DNA from: Zootoca vivipara
Taxonomy: Eukaryota
Reading direction: 5' to 3'
DNA: 64,000 bases
Assembly (NCBI RefSeq): GCF_963506605.1
Contig: NC_083289.1
Location: 25,172,001-25,236,000 of the forward strand
Part shown: positions 38,013 to 52,130 of the stretch, in pieces
Layout of the letters: every line of letters starts with the position of its first letter
How positions within the stretch are numbered: the stretch's first letter is position 1
The notes under the pieces: generated by a model
Database searches by the model: none
The model's input: only the letters and a program-made list of their open reading frames with translations
Told to the model about the DNA's origin: nothing
Translations under genes and position numbers: made by a program

Positions 38013-41000
38013 GGGAGAGAAAGTCAGGTTGACTCCTTTCATATCAAATCCTTTCATATTGGTGATGAAGTGCTAGTTTTGCTCGACACCACTCTGAGTT
38101 CGATAAAAGTGGACAGGTCTTCAACAAATTGGAGCTTAAAGAGATGAACTCGTTAAAGCAATAGAAGTTCTGTCACCTCGCTATGATGTATCGACACGAG
38201 GGCTCACCGACGTGGCAATCGCTGGAAGGACATCATGTCAACCAAGAACTCAACTGCATTACAAGCTTCCCACAGCTAAGGTGGTTTAACTAGGTATAGC
38301 TGGTGGCGCAGGTTGTCCTAACACAATCTTTGCCAACTCCGTGCTCTCCAGTTGTGCCCTCATACAGGCCAGGGCTGATGGGGCTTGCAGTCCAAAACAG
38401 CTGAAGGGCACCAGGTTAGTGAAGGCTATTCCAATGAGTTAGAGCAGAGGTAGTCAACCTGGGGCTGTCCAGATGTTCTGGAATACAGCTTCCACCACTC
38501 CTTCCCATTGACATGCTGGCAGGAGTGGATGGAAGTTGCAGTCCAAAACACCTGGAGGACATGGGGTTAGAGTTACCTGCAAATACCCAAGCCAATCAGC
38601 ACTAACTAAGGCAAGACAACATAGGAGCCAACTCCTAGGGGCCAAGATCCCTTTGCCCCCCCCAACAAAATATTAGAGCCCCCCACCAGTTGATGGGCAC
38701 ATGGGGTGGGGCTCACCTGCCCCCCATATTTTATTCATGTTGGCACCTCGTTTGACAGCCACCTTAAAAGTATGCATGGTACATCTGAGTCACCAAGGTT
38801 TATTTTCCCCTTGGGAGAGAGGGAGAGAATCAACTTTGTAATTCTGGAATTACAAAGCAGAGTGGCTTAAGAACTAGATGTGGTATGGGAAGTTTCTGGT
38901 TCAAACCTCACCACAGCCATGAACTCTGCTAGACTAATCTCCATAATTCCTGAACATTGGCTTTGCTGGCTAGGGTTGATGATATTAGTTACTTAGCATT
39001 AATATCATGTTTTTATATGTAACTGTATTTTGGTAATATTTGTTGTTGTTGCTTCAGTTTTCTGTACACCGCTTATAGATATTTTTAACATATTGAGCGG
39101 TAAAGAAATTAAATACCGGTAATCATCATCACCATGGTGTGAGGGACTGATGGGAGTTGTAGTGCAACCATATTGGCTGCTCTAATCTCTAACCAACACA
39201 CCACACTGACTTGCAAAATAATTGGGAAGGTACAAAGACCCAATTTATCAAGGCTACCAAGAGCTAAGTCCCGAGTAGGCTGAAACCATCATGGGATGAA
39301 TTAGTCTCTACTTCTATCTTTCCTTAACACCTAGCAGAACCAAAGAATCCAAAGCCAGGTACATTCTGCAAAAGAAAAACACAATGAGAGGAGCCTGAGG
39401 CTCTCCTGTCCTGAAAAAGGAACAAGGAGCCATCAGTGAATGTTGACTCAGCATCTTACTAATGATCCTCTCTGAGAAAGTTGCAATTAGTTGTGGGCTG
39501 AGCAGTGAAAACACACCAGCCATGTTTCAAGGGCACATCTAATGATGCTCTGAGCTAACAAGTGAGCGCTGGAGGTTCTTTGCAAGACTTCCCTGCAAGG
39601 CAGGTCAAGAACCCCACAGTCTCATGCCATGCTTAATTAATGAACCAGACCCTCCCTTTTGACATTTTACAGAATTACAGGAATGAAAATCAGAAGCAAA
39701 CAGAAAATCCCAGACCAAAGGTCTTGCTGGTGATGTATTCCAAAAACCTTTGAACGATATATTTCTGTTGCTTTACAGTGGCATAAATGAGCATATAACG
39801 CCAGCATTCATGGGTTTGGAGGGTTTTCCAAGCTCAGATGGAAAGACATTATAATCCTGGAAAAGACAATACAGTAGGTTTCTGCAGCAGCTCTGCTCCT
39901 GACTCTTGGACTTTGGTTCAAGTCTGTTTAATAGCATCTATAGCTTGGTCACAGTGATTTGTGCCATGGTAACCTCATGGCTGAACTCCTGTAACATAGG
40001 CTATGTGGGGCCTCCCTTGGGATTGGTCTGGAAGCTGCAGCTGGTGCAGAATGTTACAGCCAGTACCAGTATGCACTGGCTGTCAATCATCTACCAGGCT
40101 AACTATCATTAAGCAATTTATATAAATGTTTTTTTAATAAATAAATAAATAAATAAATAGTGAAAAACTGAGATGCTCCTTACACAGCATCCAACTTGTT
40201 CTTCAGCACCTCAGTTAATGCTGATCTGCTTGGTATACTTGGAATCTCCTGCTTCCAAAATTTGAAAACTTATGCCAGCTACTATGAACTTTGGACAAGA
40301 CAACACACATCTTGTGATCAAGATGTCCCAGATGCATTTTCAGTTGACACTGAAAACTCCACACTGAAGGTGCCTGAATGCAGTTTCAGGGCTAAGAGGT
40401 TCTACAGAGTTCCACCACAACAGGGAAAGTCCTCTCAGAGGTTGCAGCCAGCTGAGCAGCCCCTGTTGGTGGCGCCACAAAGGTCTACCCCTAACCCACT
40501 GCACAGCAGCAATCTCAGTTACAGAGCTAGCAGATATGTGTAGAGACACTCTTTCAAGTATTCCTTATTTAAGAAAAAATGTACGTTTAGTTCTTAAAAG
40601 CTCTTGAGAAATTTTGACTGCTTTTAACTTCATTACTAAGGCAAGGAGGCACTCAACTCCCCTTTTATCAGTGCAGGGAGCTGAGGCTGAGTTATAAGGG
40701 TCTGGTTTGCACAACACATAAATTTAACTTATGGTGTACTGGGAGCTCATGAATGTGTGGGTTCCCAGAGAGAGCTGCTGCTTTTCTCCCTGGTCCTCCC
40801 CGCCCCCCCCTGCACTGAGCTAAGTCAGAGTTTTGCTTAGCATGTTGTCCAAGCCAGGGCTTGTGGTTACGCTTTCTCCTCCCTAACCATGAGCCAAGGT
40901 TTATGCCATGTATAACCAGACTAAAGACTTTCCCAAGGCTATATAATAGGTCTGTGGGATTGAAACCCAAGTAACATCATTAATAGAGGAAGCTGCCTTA

Positions 41001-44000
41001 TACGTAGCCAGCCTACCAGTCAACTGAGCTCAGTTTTGTCTACACTGACTGGCAGCAGGAAACCAGGGTTTCAGGCAGCATTCTCCCCCAACCCTACCTG
41101 GACCTTCTGCTTGCAAGGTCAAGTCTCTACCCCTGAGCTATGGCCCTTCCCAAAGTCTTCCAGAATGTTTATCAGGGGCTGTTGTTTTTAAAATCTAAAC
41201 TTCTGAATTGAATTACAGGTGACCCCCATTGTCATGCAGAGGCTGCTCTCTCACTCTCTCTCCCCCCCTCAATTATGGCAGTCAAAAGATGCTGCACCCT
41301 CCCTGTTTAAAAAGTACAATGGGAAAATAATTGGAATTTATTCTAGCAGGAAGGCAGATTCTGACCTCATTTCAGCATAAACCTGAACTTTACCTGGCAA
41401 GGGCAAAATTAAAGAAAAGAAGCATTTGAACTTCCTGACCTCTCATTGCTAAACTCAGCTCAGGCACACTTAGGAATGCACAGCCACCCGGAGACCAGGG
41501 ATGTTTTTCTCTTACTCTCCAAATGCCTCTTCTGAAGGCATATTTGTGCCTATTAAGAACCCCATTTCACCCTAAATGCTTTGGTCAGGAAACAAAGGAA
41601 GGATCTGCACAGAAGGCTGTGTGTGTTTGATAAAGGTGCAAATCTGCTTGTAGGTAATCACTTTCCCCTCCTCACAGCTGCATCTTCTTCACCTTCCTCT
41701 ATTTTAAAATAGATCCTGGCCTGTTAAACAAAAAGGCAGCATTGCCCTCCCACCCCTCTTTGCTCTTTGTGCCATTCACAGTTGTCTTGGCTTTGCTGGC
41801 AGCAGAATCCAACTCTGCTTGGTCATACGTTGGGGCGATGACCCTTTTGTAGATAGTTACCCAGGATATTAAATGCTCAAGGCCACCCCTCTGTGCTATC
41901 GCCTTTTATAAACTCCCACACACTCCGAGAGGTGCTTCGTGAAATGGTCAAACAAGATCCTCTTTCAGGTCAGCCTGCTGCACGGCACCTGATAATTTTA
42001 TTTCTCTCTCATTATTTTATTTTTTTGACAGTTCCATGTCATGGCCACTGAAATGTTGGCAGCCTCTTGGATAACACACCACGATTAGAGAAGGAAGAAA
42101 GCAAACACTCTATTTCTATGGAAAAAGCCATAGCAGACTGTGGTGGAGCAGTGATGCTCTCCTGAGCTTGGGATAAACAAGTTACGGATACTTATCAGGA
42201 AAGAAAAGGTGGAGGTGCCACGGAGGTTGGCATGATGCAAATGCATTGTGTTGAACTGTGCCAACCTCCCCACAGCCTCATCCCTCCTCTTCTCCTTCCC
42301 AGCAAGTGTTGGGAAATTCCATTCCACCTTTAGTGTACACATGGAACTGTTGCGTGTCATATGTCTGTTTACATACCAGCACAGATTGCTGGGAACTTCC
42401 GTTTGTGTATAGCTTTCACTTTTGAGACTCTCTCTGAGCAGACGAAGGAGAGACATGTTTTCTTTGTCCTGATTTATGCTTAATAAATCCGCTTGTTATT
42501 ATGCTTTCACAAGCCTCCTCATGCTGCTTCTGTTCATGCAGCGCACTCTGCTAATATAGTGTACTCAAACTTTTGAAGTCTGGGTCGCTGGTATATGTCA
42601 CACCAGAGATTGGGGGATTGTCCAGCATGTTGGCTGGAAGGGCATGATCCAGCTGGGGGGCTAGCCAGCTGGCCTCTTGACCCCTTCTGGATGCTGACAG
42701 TAAGTAGCAGTGATGCAACTGTTGTGAGGTTAAGTGCATGTTGCTGCCCCAAGCCAACTGCTACTGCGGGGGAAACAGCTCAGTGGGGCTGGGCAGCTAT
42801 TTTCAAATACTAGAAACACAGAAGATGAAGAGCAAGAACCTAACTGGGAAAGCTGAAGGAAAGGCAATAAATACTTTGAGGATTTGGGCTGAGAGGTGTG
42901 TTGATTTCAGCTGAAAGGTGCAAGCCCATACATGCAGCAGAACAAGGTGATAGAGTGGATTGCACCATTTCATCCTGCTGATGGGATATAAAAGGATTGG
43001 ACTGGTAGGCTCTCACAAGTGGGACCTGCAACAAAATGTTGTGGCACAGAGTGCTCCTGTTCAGGATTCCAGCTGGCCACTCACCCATGCCCTTTTCCAG
43101 GATGCTGGAAAGTGACGCATGGGCATTTGGGATTGCAAACCCACTGCAATCAATGGGGATTATTACAAGTTTAGCAGTGGGATGACTTTCGAAAAATGGT
43201 AATGAAAAGCAACCATTTTTGGGAGCCAACACTTTGAGTCTTCTGTAATATTTACATGTTTTTCTTGATTATTATTATTATTATTTGCAGCAATCATGTC
43301 TTGTTCCAATCACCGTAGCCAGGGGAGCTGTCCAGCAGATTGTTGGTACAGTGGTCCTGAGCTCTGAGCTATCAGCCTCAGAGTCTCCAATCAGTAGTAC
43401 CTCAAAAGAGGAGATGAATCCCCTTCCCCTCTCTATCCTGTGTAGACCTACCAGCACCAGATTCTGCACATAGCTCCCTGTCCCTTGGCCTATGGACTCT
43501 GATATTTCAGTGGATCAAGAAAGCTCTGCAGATCAAGTCTTCACTGCCAAAAGCACACCATCTAGGAGAAGCCAATGGCTGCAAAGGACACTGACACTTT
43601 AACTAGCAGGTCTGCATCAACCAAAAGGTGGTAATTCAAGTCTGGGTCATCCAAGTCCAGTATATAAAGCTCTGGTAGTTGCAGAAAGCCAGTGCTGAGA
43701 CAACTTGCTCCCAGCTACAAGATTGCTGTCCATGGTCCTGATGTGCTCAGGTGCTCTGATGCAGCTTCCTGGGCTCCAACCAAGTCCTGACATTGATCCA
43801 GCGCAAAGCTGGTTTGGGCAGTCTTGAGCCTGCTTCCATTGTCTTGTTTGGGGTGTTGCCTTTTATGAACCAAACTATGAACCAAGACTGTTAGGCTAGG
43901 AGTAGGCCTATGGCAGCTGCTGCAACAGTGGCTTTCAGGCAACAGCCTAGGGTTCAAGAACTCAGCCTGGCTGCCCTATCCTTCCTAGTGTAGTTATGGA

Positions 44001-45351
44001 GCCCTAATCCCAACCATGCTTGTGGCCCATCTCTGGGATGGGATGCCTTGTGCTGCCCTTGAGACTGAACTTCATTTTGGGGCTCATTGCCATCAATTGT
44101 TCTTGAAGACATGGTGGTGGCTGTGGGGAGATGCAGAGTTGTCAGATGAGTGCACTCAGGGCCCTTAATGTTCCCCAATTCCACCTGTTCCCTGGGTGGC
44201 ACACTATCCTGGGGAATAAACTCGAGGTTTCCCTCTGTCCTCCCCTGGTCATGGGAAATGTTCGGGGGCTCCTCTGACTCAGAGGCCGTGGCTAATTCTA
44301 GCTCTGAGAGTTAGCAGTTCCTGACAGCTCAGTAACTCTGTGTAAGATGATGTCTTGTGTTCTAACTCATCATATGCATGACAAACACACTTCCACCACA
44401 ATAAATTAGCAATTCCCAGGCTTAACAACCCCTCCTGGACTAATTGCCAGAGATTATTGTATATTATGAGAGAGCAATGATACTAATGCCTAAATATGCT
44501 CCAGTGATTATGGTGCTATCTTCAATAACCAAGCTGTTTAAATGTCAGTGCGGAGAAAGCTCTTTAGTGGGAGATGAAACGTTATTTTCAAAATGGGCCA
44601 GAAGAGCCTAATCAACCTTTTCAAGAATGTTGCTTTGAAAGAAACGTGTTGTTATTTTTTCTTTTTACTATCTGATAAACATATGCAAAAAGAACCAAAG
44701 TGGGAGGTCCTATGAGCAGCACGTACATTTAACACGAGAAGGGAAATGGTTCCACCATACCTCCCCTCCTAGCAGCTGATCACATCACCCCATCTCCTTT
44801 CCCGCATGCCATCTAGATACCAGAAGTGATCCTGGTAATACAGACAAATGGCTGAAGTGGTGGAGCATGGGCAGCTTAGGCGGCAGAGTATGTGTGTGTC
44901 AGCTTCGAACATCCATGCCCTTCCCTCCACTTTTCATATAACAAGTTGTTATTGTTGCTGTTATTTGATTCTCATATCCCACCTCCCAAATAGAGCCCAA
45001 GGCAGCTAATCCGGGGAAAAAATAGCATAAAAGCAACAATACAGAAGAACAATAAAATGCAATACGGTGGGCAAAAGATAGGCGAATCTCCCATCTAGAC
45101 ATGTGCCAAAGGCCTGAACCAAAGGTCTTAAGCAGCCATCTAAAATAACATGCATGGGGGACAACTGGATCTCCATCAAGAAGGAGTTCTGCAGCTGAGG
45201 GGCCACCACTGAAAATGTCCTGCAGCATGTCACCACCCTGTGGGCCACGCCCCCACTTAAAAATGAACAGTAAAGAAATGGGACAGGCACAATAAAAGCA
45301 AACATTGGTCCCACTCCTTGGTAGTCAGATTCTTCTGACAGCTCTCCTTCC

Positions 45352-45542
45352 TGGAGAAGCTTCTCTTACACCTGGAGTATGTGGAGAAGCTTCTCTTACA
45401 CCTGGTGTATTGGAGCTGAAATGTAATTTGTGGTTCTGGGAAAGATCTTAAGCAGCAGACAATCATTCTCATTTGTTCAGTTGGTGCTTGGTTATGTTCC
45501 GGCCCAGTTGTTCAGTTGGTGCTTGGTTATGTTCCGGCCCAG
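45352..45542. repeat. Two neighbouring tandem duplications (30 bp x2 and 35 bp x2)
   Basis: tggagaagcttctcttacacctgg(a/t)gtat x2 at 45352-45410. Perfect ttgttcagttggtgcttggttatgttccggcccag x2 at 45473-45542. Confidence 0.95.
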
Positions 45543-46124
45543 TGATGCACGTGGCTTAGATTTGATGTGCAGTCTAAGTTGCTAGGCAACCAGCATTATG
45601 GGATTGCCACCTGATGCTGCTGAGAAGTGGGTAGCGGAACCCCCTAGAACTGGTATCTCAAGAGGGAGCAACATATATATGGAGGGGTACCCTTGCACAT
45701 GTTCAATGGCATATAGGGTGGCTGGAATGCTTTCACTAAAACAACATTGCCTCCCCCCCCCCAAAGGAACATTATGTGCTGTGACCCAGTGAGCTCACTC
45801 CTTGCCCAGCTAACAACCACAAAAAATTATATACCTCCAAAAAACACACATTGTCCTTCCCACCCAGTTTCCATCTTCTTCTATCTCCTTTGATTGAAAA
45901 CAGGAGACCAGAGATCCAGAAAGTTTGCACAGGTCCCACAGATGTGACAGCACAATTAAATTTAATAATCAGAAACCTCTTTCCTCCCCAATAATTATTA
46001 TACCCCATGCACAACATATTTGTGTTTCCCCAAAAAACGTTTTCAAGTTTTTGTTCTAATTTCAGTTAAAAACCCTTCTCCTTTATTTCTATTATTGCTG
46101 TCATTTCAAGTAACCAAAGCAGTG

Positions 46125-46350
46125 ATCAGATGATCAGAGGAGGAATGACCACTGGGCAGAGCGCAGAGAGAAGAAATGCCATGGTGCATCTGCAGCAGCA
46201 CAACTGGACGCCTTCATCTGCCCCGGCTGCAACAAGACATGTCTCTCCTGCATCGGTCTCTACAGCCACAGCAGGTGCTGCAACCATCCAACAGTCTAAC
46301 CTGACCCCCAAAGAGGCACTCCTCCATTGTCTCCCTAGAGTCGGATGGCA
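46125..46350 (+). mobile_element. RTE-clade LINE 3' fragment
   Basis: One frame reads AFICPGCNKTCLSCIGLYSHSRCC..*, the C-terminal zinc-finger-like motif of RTE ORFs. A ccattgtctcc...ggatggc 3' UTR motif follows. Confidence 0.7.
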
Positions 46351-46425
46351 ATATGTAAGTAAAAATACTGATTACTGATTTAAAACAGCAACAGACAAAC
46401 ATAGAAAACACAAGCAGAGCTTTGG

Positions 46426-46745
46426 GGGAAAGGCTGCAGCTCAGTGGCAGAAAGTCATTGGTATTTCCAGGATGTCTCTTTGAAGCCCTGTAAAGCTGCT
46501 GCCAGTCAGTGCTGACAATGCTGAGCTAGATGGACCAATGCTTTGACTTGGTATAAGTTACGATTCCTATGTCTTGAAATACGCCACAAGGAAAGGCCAC
46601 AGCTCAGTGGCAGAGCATCTGCTTTGCATGCAGAAGGTCTCTAGCTCATCCCTGGCATTTCCAGGCAGGTCTGAAATGCTGGAGAGCTGCTGCCAGCCAG
46701 TGTAGACAATACTAAGTTAGAGGGACCAATAGTATAAGGCTGCTT
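46426..46745 (+). mobile_element. Two head-to-tail tRNA(Ala-like) SINE copies
   Basis: gg(a)aaggc..cagctcagtggcaga... begins at about 46426 and again at about 46590. Each is followed by gctgctgccag.cagtg..gacaat.ct.ag.taga.ggaccaat. Confidence 0.78.
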
Positions 46746-46881
46746 CTACAGTTGCTCCTGCCATTACTAGCTTTCCGTATTTATCGCCCTCTCCTTCCAA
46801 AGGGGCTCAGATAGAACTCTGAGCTAGAATAAACAATATTGACAATATCAGGGGGAAATTCTCCAGTGTTCTGATCACTTA

Positions 46882-47541
<660 letters not shown>

Positions 47542-49483
47542 TCAGAGAAGTAGGGGCCTGGGTAGGAGATAGTGGCTCTACCAGGTAATCCCTATACAGT
47601 ATCAGACCCTCCAAGTGTTCCTATTTTCCAGGAACAGTTCCGGATTTACAGAAGCTTTTCCCAGTTTCTTATCTGATCCCTGATTATCCCGTTTTTCCTT
47701 AGGACGTCCCTATTTTCTGTTGGAGGGTATGGAGTTATCCAACCCCCAAGCCATCTGAAGGCAGCCCTGTATAGCGGTGGGTTTTTTTTTTAATGTTTAA
47801 TGTTTTATTATGTTTTGCATATATGTTGGAATCAGCCCAGAGTGGCTGGGGCAACCCACTCAGAGGTATAAATAGTCAAATTATCATTATTGGAATAGGA
47901 TGTCCCTATTTTCACCGGAGGGTATACTATGTGCACATCCTTTATATCAGCAGTAAGGAACCTTTTCAGCCTGAGGGCCACATTCCATCTCAGGCAGACT
48001 TCTAGAGGCCACATGCCAAGAAAAAAGGATGGCTGGGCAATGGGTGTGGCTTTTAGTTTTGGACTTCATGACTACATTACAGTCATGAAGAATCCAGAGG
48101 TTTCTATATCCTGTCCATATCTCCATCGAGACAAGCAAGAGGCACGAAGATGAAGTCCAAATACACATTTCAGTCAGGCAAAAGTACTGAAAGAGGGTGC
48201 AGAGCAGGGCTGGTGGCAGGCTTCAACCTAAGTAAGCTTCCTGAGGGCCTGATAGACAAACCTGAAGGGCCGCATCCCTTCTCTGGGTCTGAAATTCTCC
48301 ACCCTTGCTTTATGCAAACAGACAGCCTTGCCCACACCCTCTCTGTTGGAAGAGACCCTCCTTGACAATCTGGGACAGAAGTACAATGTGGAATCCTCAG
48401 AAATAAACATTTATTTGGCTTTCCTAATTTCCCCTCCCTCCCTCACCGCCTTTGTTTTGTTATCAGCAGAAGCGATTAGTGCATAATGTTGTGACTAAAA
48501 ATTGCCAAGTTCTGTAGCTGTCGTGTGCTTCTTCAGAGGATTCTGGTAACTAATTAAAACAATTCATCAGCTTAATAAAAAAAATCACCAGGTTTCCGCT
48601 TGACAAAGCACTCCTTGGAATTATATGCTGCTCGGTTCACACCTCTTAACATTTAGATGAAAAAGTAATAAAAAAAGCTGGAACTGCAAAAAACCACCCC
48701 CCACCTCTGCATCTATTAATCTTCAGGTAATGGGAACAGAAAACTAAGCAGCACAGAATTAGTTTAGTTTCCCTCGTTTTCCGTTTTTCCTCCTGGCGTG
48801 CAGAACTGTACATTTCCAACCAGCTTTGCATCGGAAAGCTAAATTAAATCTTTCAAAACTAATATATGTTCCCAGCAATCTGAATTGGCCTGTTACAATT
48901 CAATTGAAAAATACGGCATCCGGTAAGCATTTCAACCGCAAGGTGGAGTCTTTTATATATTAAAAAAGAGGGGTAGGTCCCCCCCATCTCCTCATGAAAT
49001 ATGAACACTTTGTGAATTGTAAAAGATATGTCCCAACCAAAACAAGGGCTGCAAGAGATGCAAACTGCAAGGAAAATGGAGTTAAAGCAAACTGATTGCA
49101 TTCAGAAACAGGCCGAGGGTCCCTCTCCCATTTCAACACTACCGTATATGTCTGGTGATATCCCCATGTCTTTTGTTTCTCACTCTCCCCTGCACAAACT
49201 CGCTTCCCAGGAAGATATATGTTTGTGATTTCATGTGCTATTTACTTAGTGCAACCTTCCCTTTGCTTTGCTTTGCCTTTATTCCAACATCTACCTATCA
49301 CTGATATAGCAGGAGAGTTACTGAAAGCCATGCTGTGGATCTTGATCCTATATTGTTTGGCCACACCAAACAGGGCAGGGGCAGCCGATGTAGTGCCCTC
49401 CAGTTGTTTATTATTATGATTACTATTACTGTTATTACTATTTCTATTACTATTACTATTGATTTATTAATCACATTCTAAAC

Positions 49484-49619
49484 CAGGCATCCCCAAACTG
49501 CGGCCCTCCAGATGTTTTGGTCTACAACTCCCATGATCCCTAGCTAACAGGACCAGTGGTTAGGGATGATGGGAATTGTAGTCCAAAACATCTGGAGGGC
49601 CAAAGTTTGGGGATGCCTG
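49484..49619. mobile_element. 136-bp palindromic hAT MITE, copy 6 (opposite orientation)
   Basis: TSD ttctaaac/ttgtaaac; loop orientation as in copy 3. Confidence 0.92.
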
Positions 49620-49679
49620 TTGTAAACCACCATCTGAAAGCAATGAAACAGTTGCTGTTGTTGTTGTTGATGATGTACC

Positions 49680-50230
49680 AGTATTTATTAATCGTCTTCT
49701 AAACCACTGTCTCAAGGTGATTTGCGCATAAGATAATTAAAAACAGCAAAAACACAAAAACAGCAAGTATGTTTAAAATAAGACATGCCTGGCAAAGACC
49801 CATTTATGTGCTGGGAAAGCCTCTCAGAACAAAAATGTCTTCAACTGTTTCTGGAAAGTGCAGATAGTGAGTTTCTGTCTTTGGAACTTACAGGAGAAAG
49901 TCTCCCACAGACTGCAGCAATCTATTGGGCGTGGAAGGGGTAAGGCAGTCTCTTAAGCAACCCGGTCCCAAGCTGCATAAGGACTTTTGCGTTAGCATCA
50001 ACAAATTGAACTTTGTCCCGTAACAGATTGGCAGCCAATGCAACTCCGGCAAGCAAGGTGATATACACTGGTGGTAGTTTGCCCCCACAAACAACCTAGC
50101 TGCCATGTTCTGCATCAGCTGCAGCCTCCGGACCAACCCCAAGGCTATCCCCACACAGAGTGCATTGCAATAACCCAGCTGTGAAGTTACCAATGCATGA
50201 TCCATTATGCTCAAGCTATCCTGATCCAGG
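49680..50230 (-). mobile_element. L2 LINE ORF2 3' fragment
   Basis: ORF 49888..50214 reads HALVTSQLGYCNAL..G......LQLMQNMAARL...LHWLPI, the hallmark L2 post-RT motif. Confidence 0.88.
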
Positions 50231-51318
50231 AATCGTATTCTTGGATACAGCGTTCAAGACCCCCAATGGAAGTTGTTGTGCAAGAGCATTTGGAGGGTGC
50301 CATGATGGCTAGAATGTGTCAGAACCCTGGGAACTGGCTGTACATAATTTAAGGAAGAGAACTTAGGTGGGAATGCTAGTACAATTTCATGGATGGAACT
50401 GAACACATGTGGGAGTTGGGGGGCTTATGGATTGGTTTTGTTCTTGTTTTTATTATGCATTTTGTGTTTTTATTTTGCATTTTTATGCTGTAAATCGCCC
50501 TTAGATCTTCAGATGAAGGGCGGTATAAAACTTAATTAAGTTCCTACATTTTAATAGCCACAAGGCTGTTTTCAAAGAACGTGAGCTCCCCTTTCTCAGC
50601 TTAGATGCCCCCTTTGTCTTGAAACTTTGACAAGCTGCTGAAGAGTTGCTTGGAAAGTCAAAAGCTGAAATGCCAATGGAATGAATGAAAATAACATCTA
50701 CGGATCTCTGCCTGCCGCTATCTCGTTTGTTCCACCGTGGTTGAGATAAGACCAAGTAGAATGACAGATTTTTATCAACGGGGAGAGACTAGACTCATTT
50801 ATTAAGAGGAGCAGATACCATCTGGAGACAAGAATGCTTGAAGACAGTACAAACAGATGGGATGGGGGGAAAGAAAACCAAGGCGAAGAAGCAACCTGGC
50901 CAGATCAGAAGCAGTGCAAGGTGCAAATATTCTCCTGGGAGAGTAAATGTTCAGAGGGACATTTCCCCCATTAAATTTAAAGTTTTGCTTTGACAAGCTC
51001 AGTTTCCATTCATCTAGATGGCAGTCTTATCAGATGACTTTAATCAGATGACTTTAAATGGGGAGAAAGGCCAAAGACACAGTATTGATTCTATAGTGGT
51101 TTGGCACCAATATTAATACTTTTATATAAATGCTAAGTATTCAAGCAGAACAATATTAGTCTCACATGAGAGCTGATACAGAGTTTGTGATGGAATGAGC
51201 TCTGAAGTCCAAGCTCTGGTGCATACAACACTACAGTTTGTTTGTTTGTTTGTTTGTTTGTTTAGAAGACTTACAGCCTGCCATGTTGGTTCTTTTGCAC
51301 TATGCAAAAACCTTAATA

Positions 51319-51965
51319 CAGTGGTACCTCACAAGACGAAATTAATTCGTTCCACGAGTCGTTTCGTGTTGCGATAATTTCGTCTTGTGAAGCACGGTTT
51401 CCCATAGGAATGCATTGAAATTTAATTAATGCATTCCTATGGGGGGGGGAAGCACAAAAAAGGCGCCGACTCACCCGCCACGGCTGCTCTGGAAGTTTTT
51501 AAGGCTCTGGGAAGGGGGAAGCAGGAGGAGGGCCAGGGAGAGGCTCCCTCCCTCCTTCCCCAGCAGCCATTTGCGCCCAACCAGACGGCCAGTGGGACTG
51601 GACAGGACGGGGGCGGATGGAGCGCTTTGGCAGCCCGCGCTCTGCTCAATGACGGCCGCTCTCCTGTTCGCGCATCTCCGCGCAGCCATGCCGTCCTACT
51701 CGGTGATTGTGGCAGCGGGCAGCCAGTGATTCGCGGGCACCGATGAGTGAGTAAGGGAGTGGCGCGGGCAGGGCAACAATGGAAACTTCTGCCCGCTCCC
51801 TCCCTCCTTCCCCAGCAGCCGTTCACACTCCATTCGCCATTCACACTCCCAACCAGACGGCCGCTCTCCATAGGAAACTTCGTCTTACGAGTCTCCAAAA
51901 AACTCACAAAACGCTTTCGTCTCGCGAGTTTTTCTTTGTGCGAGGCGTTCGTCTAGCGATCACTG
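51319..51965. mobile_element. GC-rich Tc1/mariner (Tigger-like) non-autonomous element, 647 bp
   Basis: TA|CAGTGGTACCTCACAAGACGAA ... TTCGTCTAGCGATCACTG|TA. Repeated ttcgtctt motifs near both ends and an internal duplicated gctccctccctccttccccagcagcc...ccaaccagacggcc. Confidence 0.82.
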
Positions 51966-51996
51966 TATTTTCCCAGAAAGTTGATGACCCTGGAGC

Positions 51997-52130
51997 CAGG
52001 ACTGTTTTTCAGCAGGAACTCAGGGGAACTCAGTTCTGGCACTTCTCAGGTGGGTGCTATTGCCATTCTAAGAGAACGAGAGTGAGTTCATGGTGAGTTC
52101 CGGCACCTCTTTTTCTAGAAAATAGCACTG
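51997..52130. mobile_element. Short hAT-type MITE
   Basis: CAGGACTGTTTTTC...GAAAATAGCACTG; flanks cctggagc/ctaggagc. Partial relatives at about 8670-8770 (reverse) and 60811-60903. Confidence 0.75.

Noticed and set aside
51429-52096. Cluster of GC-rich ORFs
   Set aside because: Interior of a non-autonomous mariner-type element; stops are rare because of GC content.
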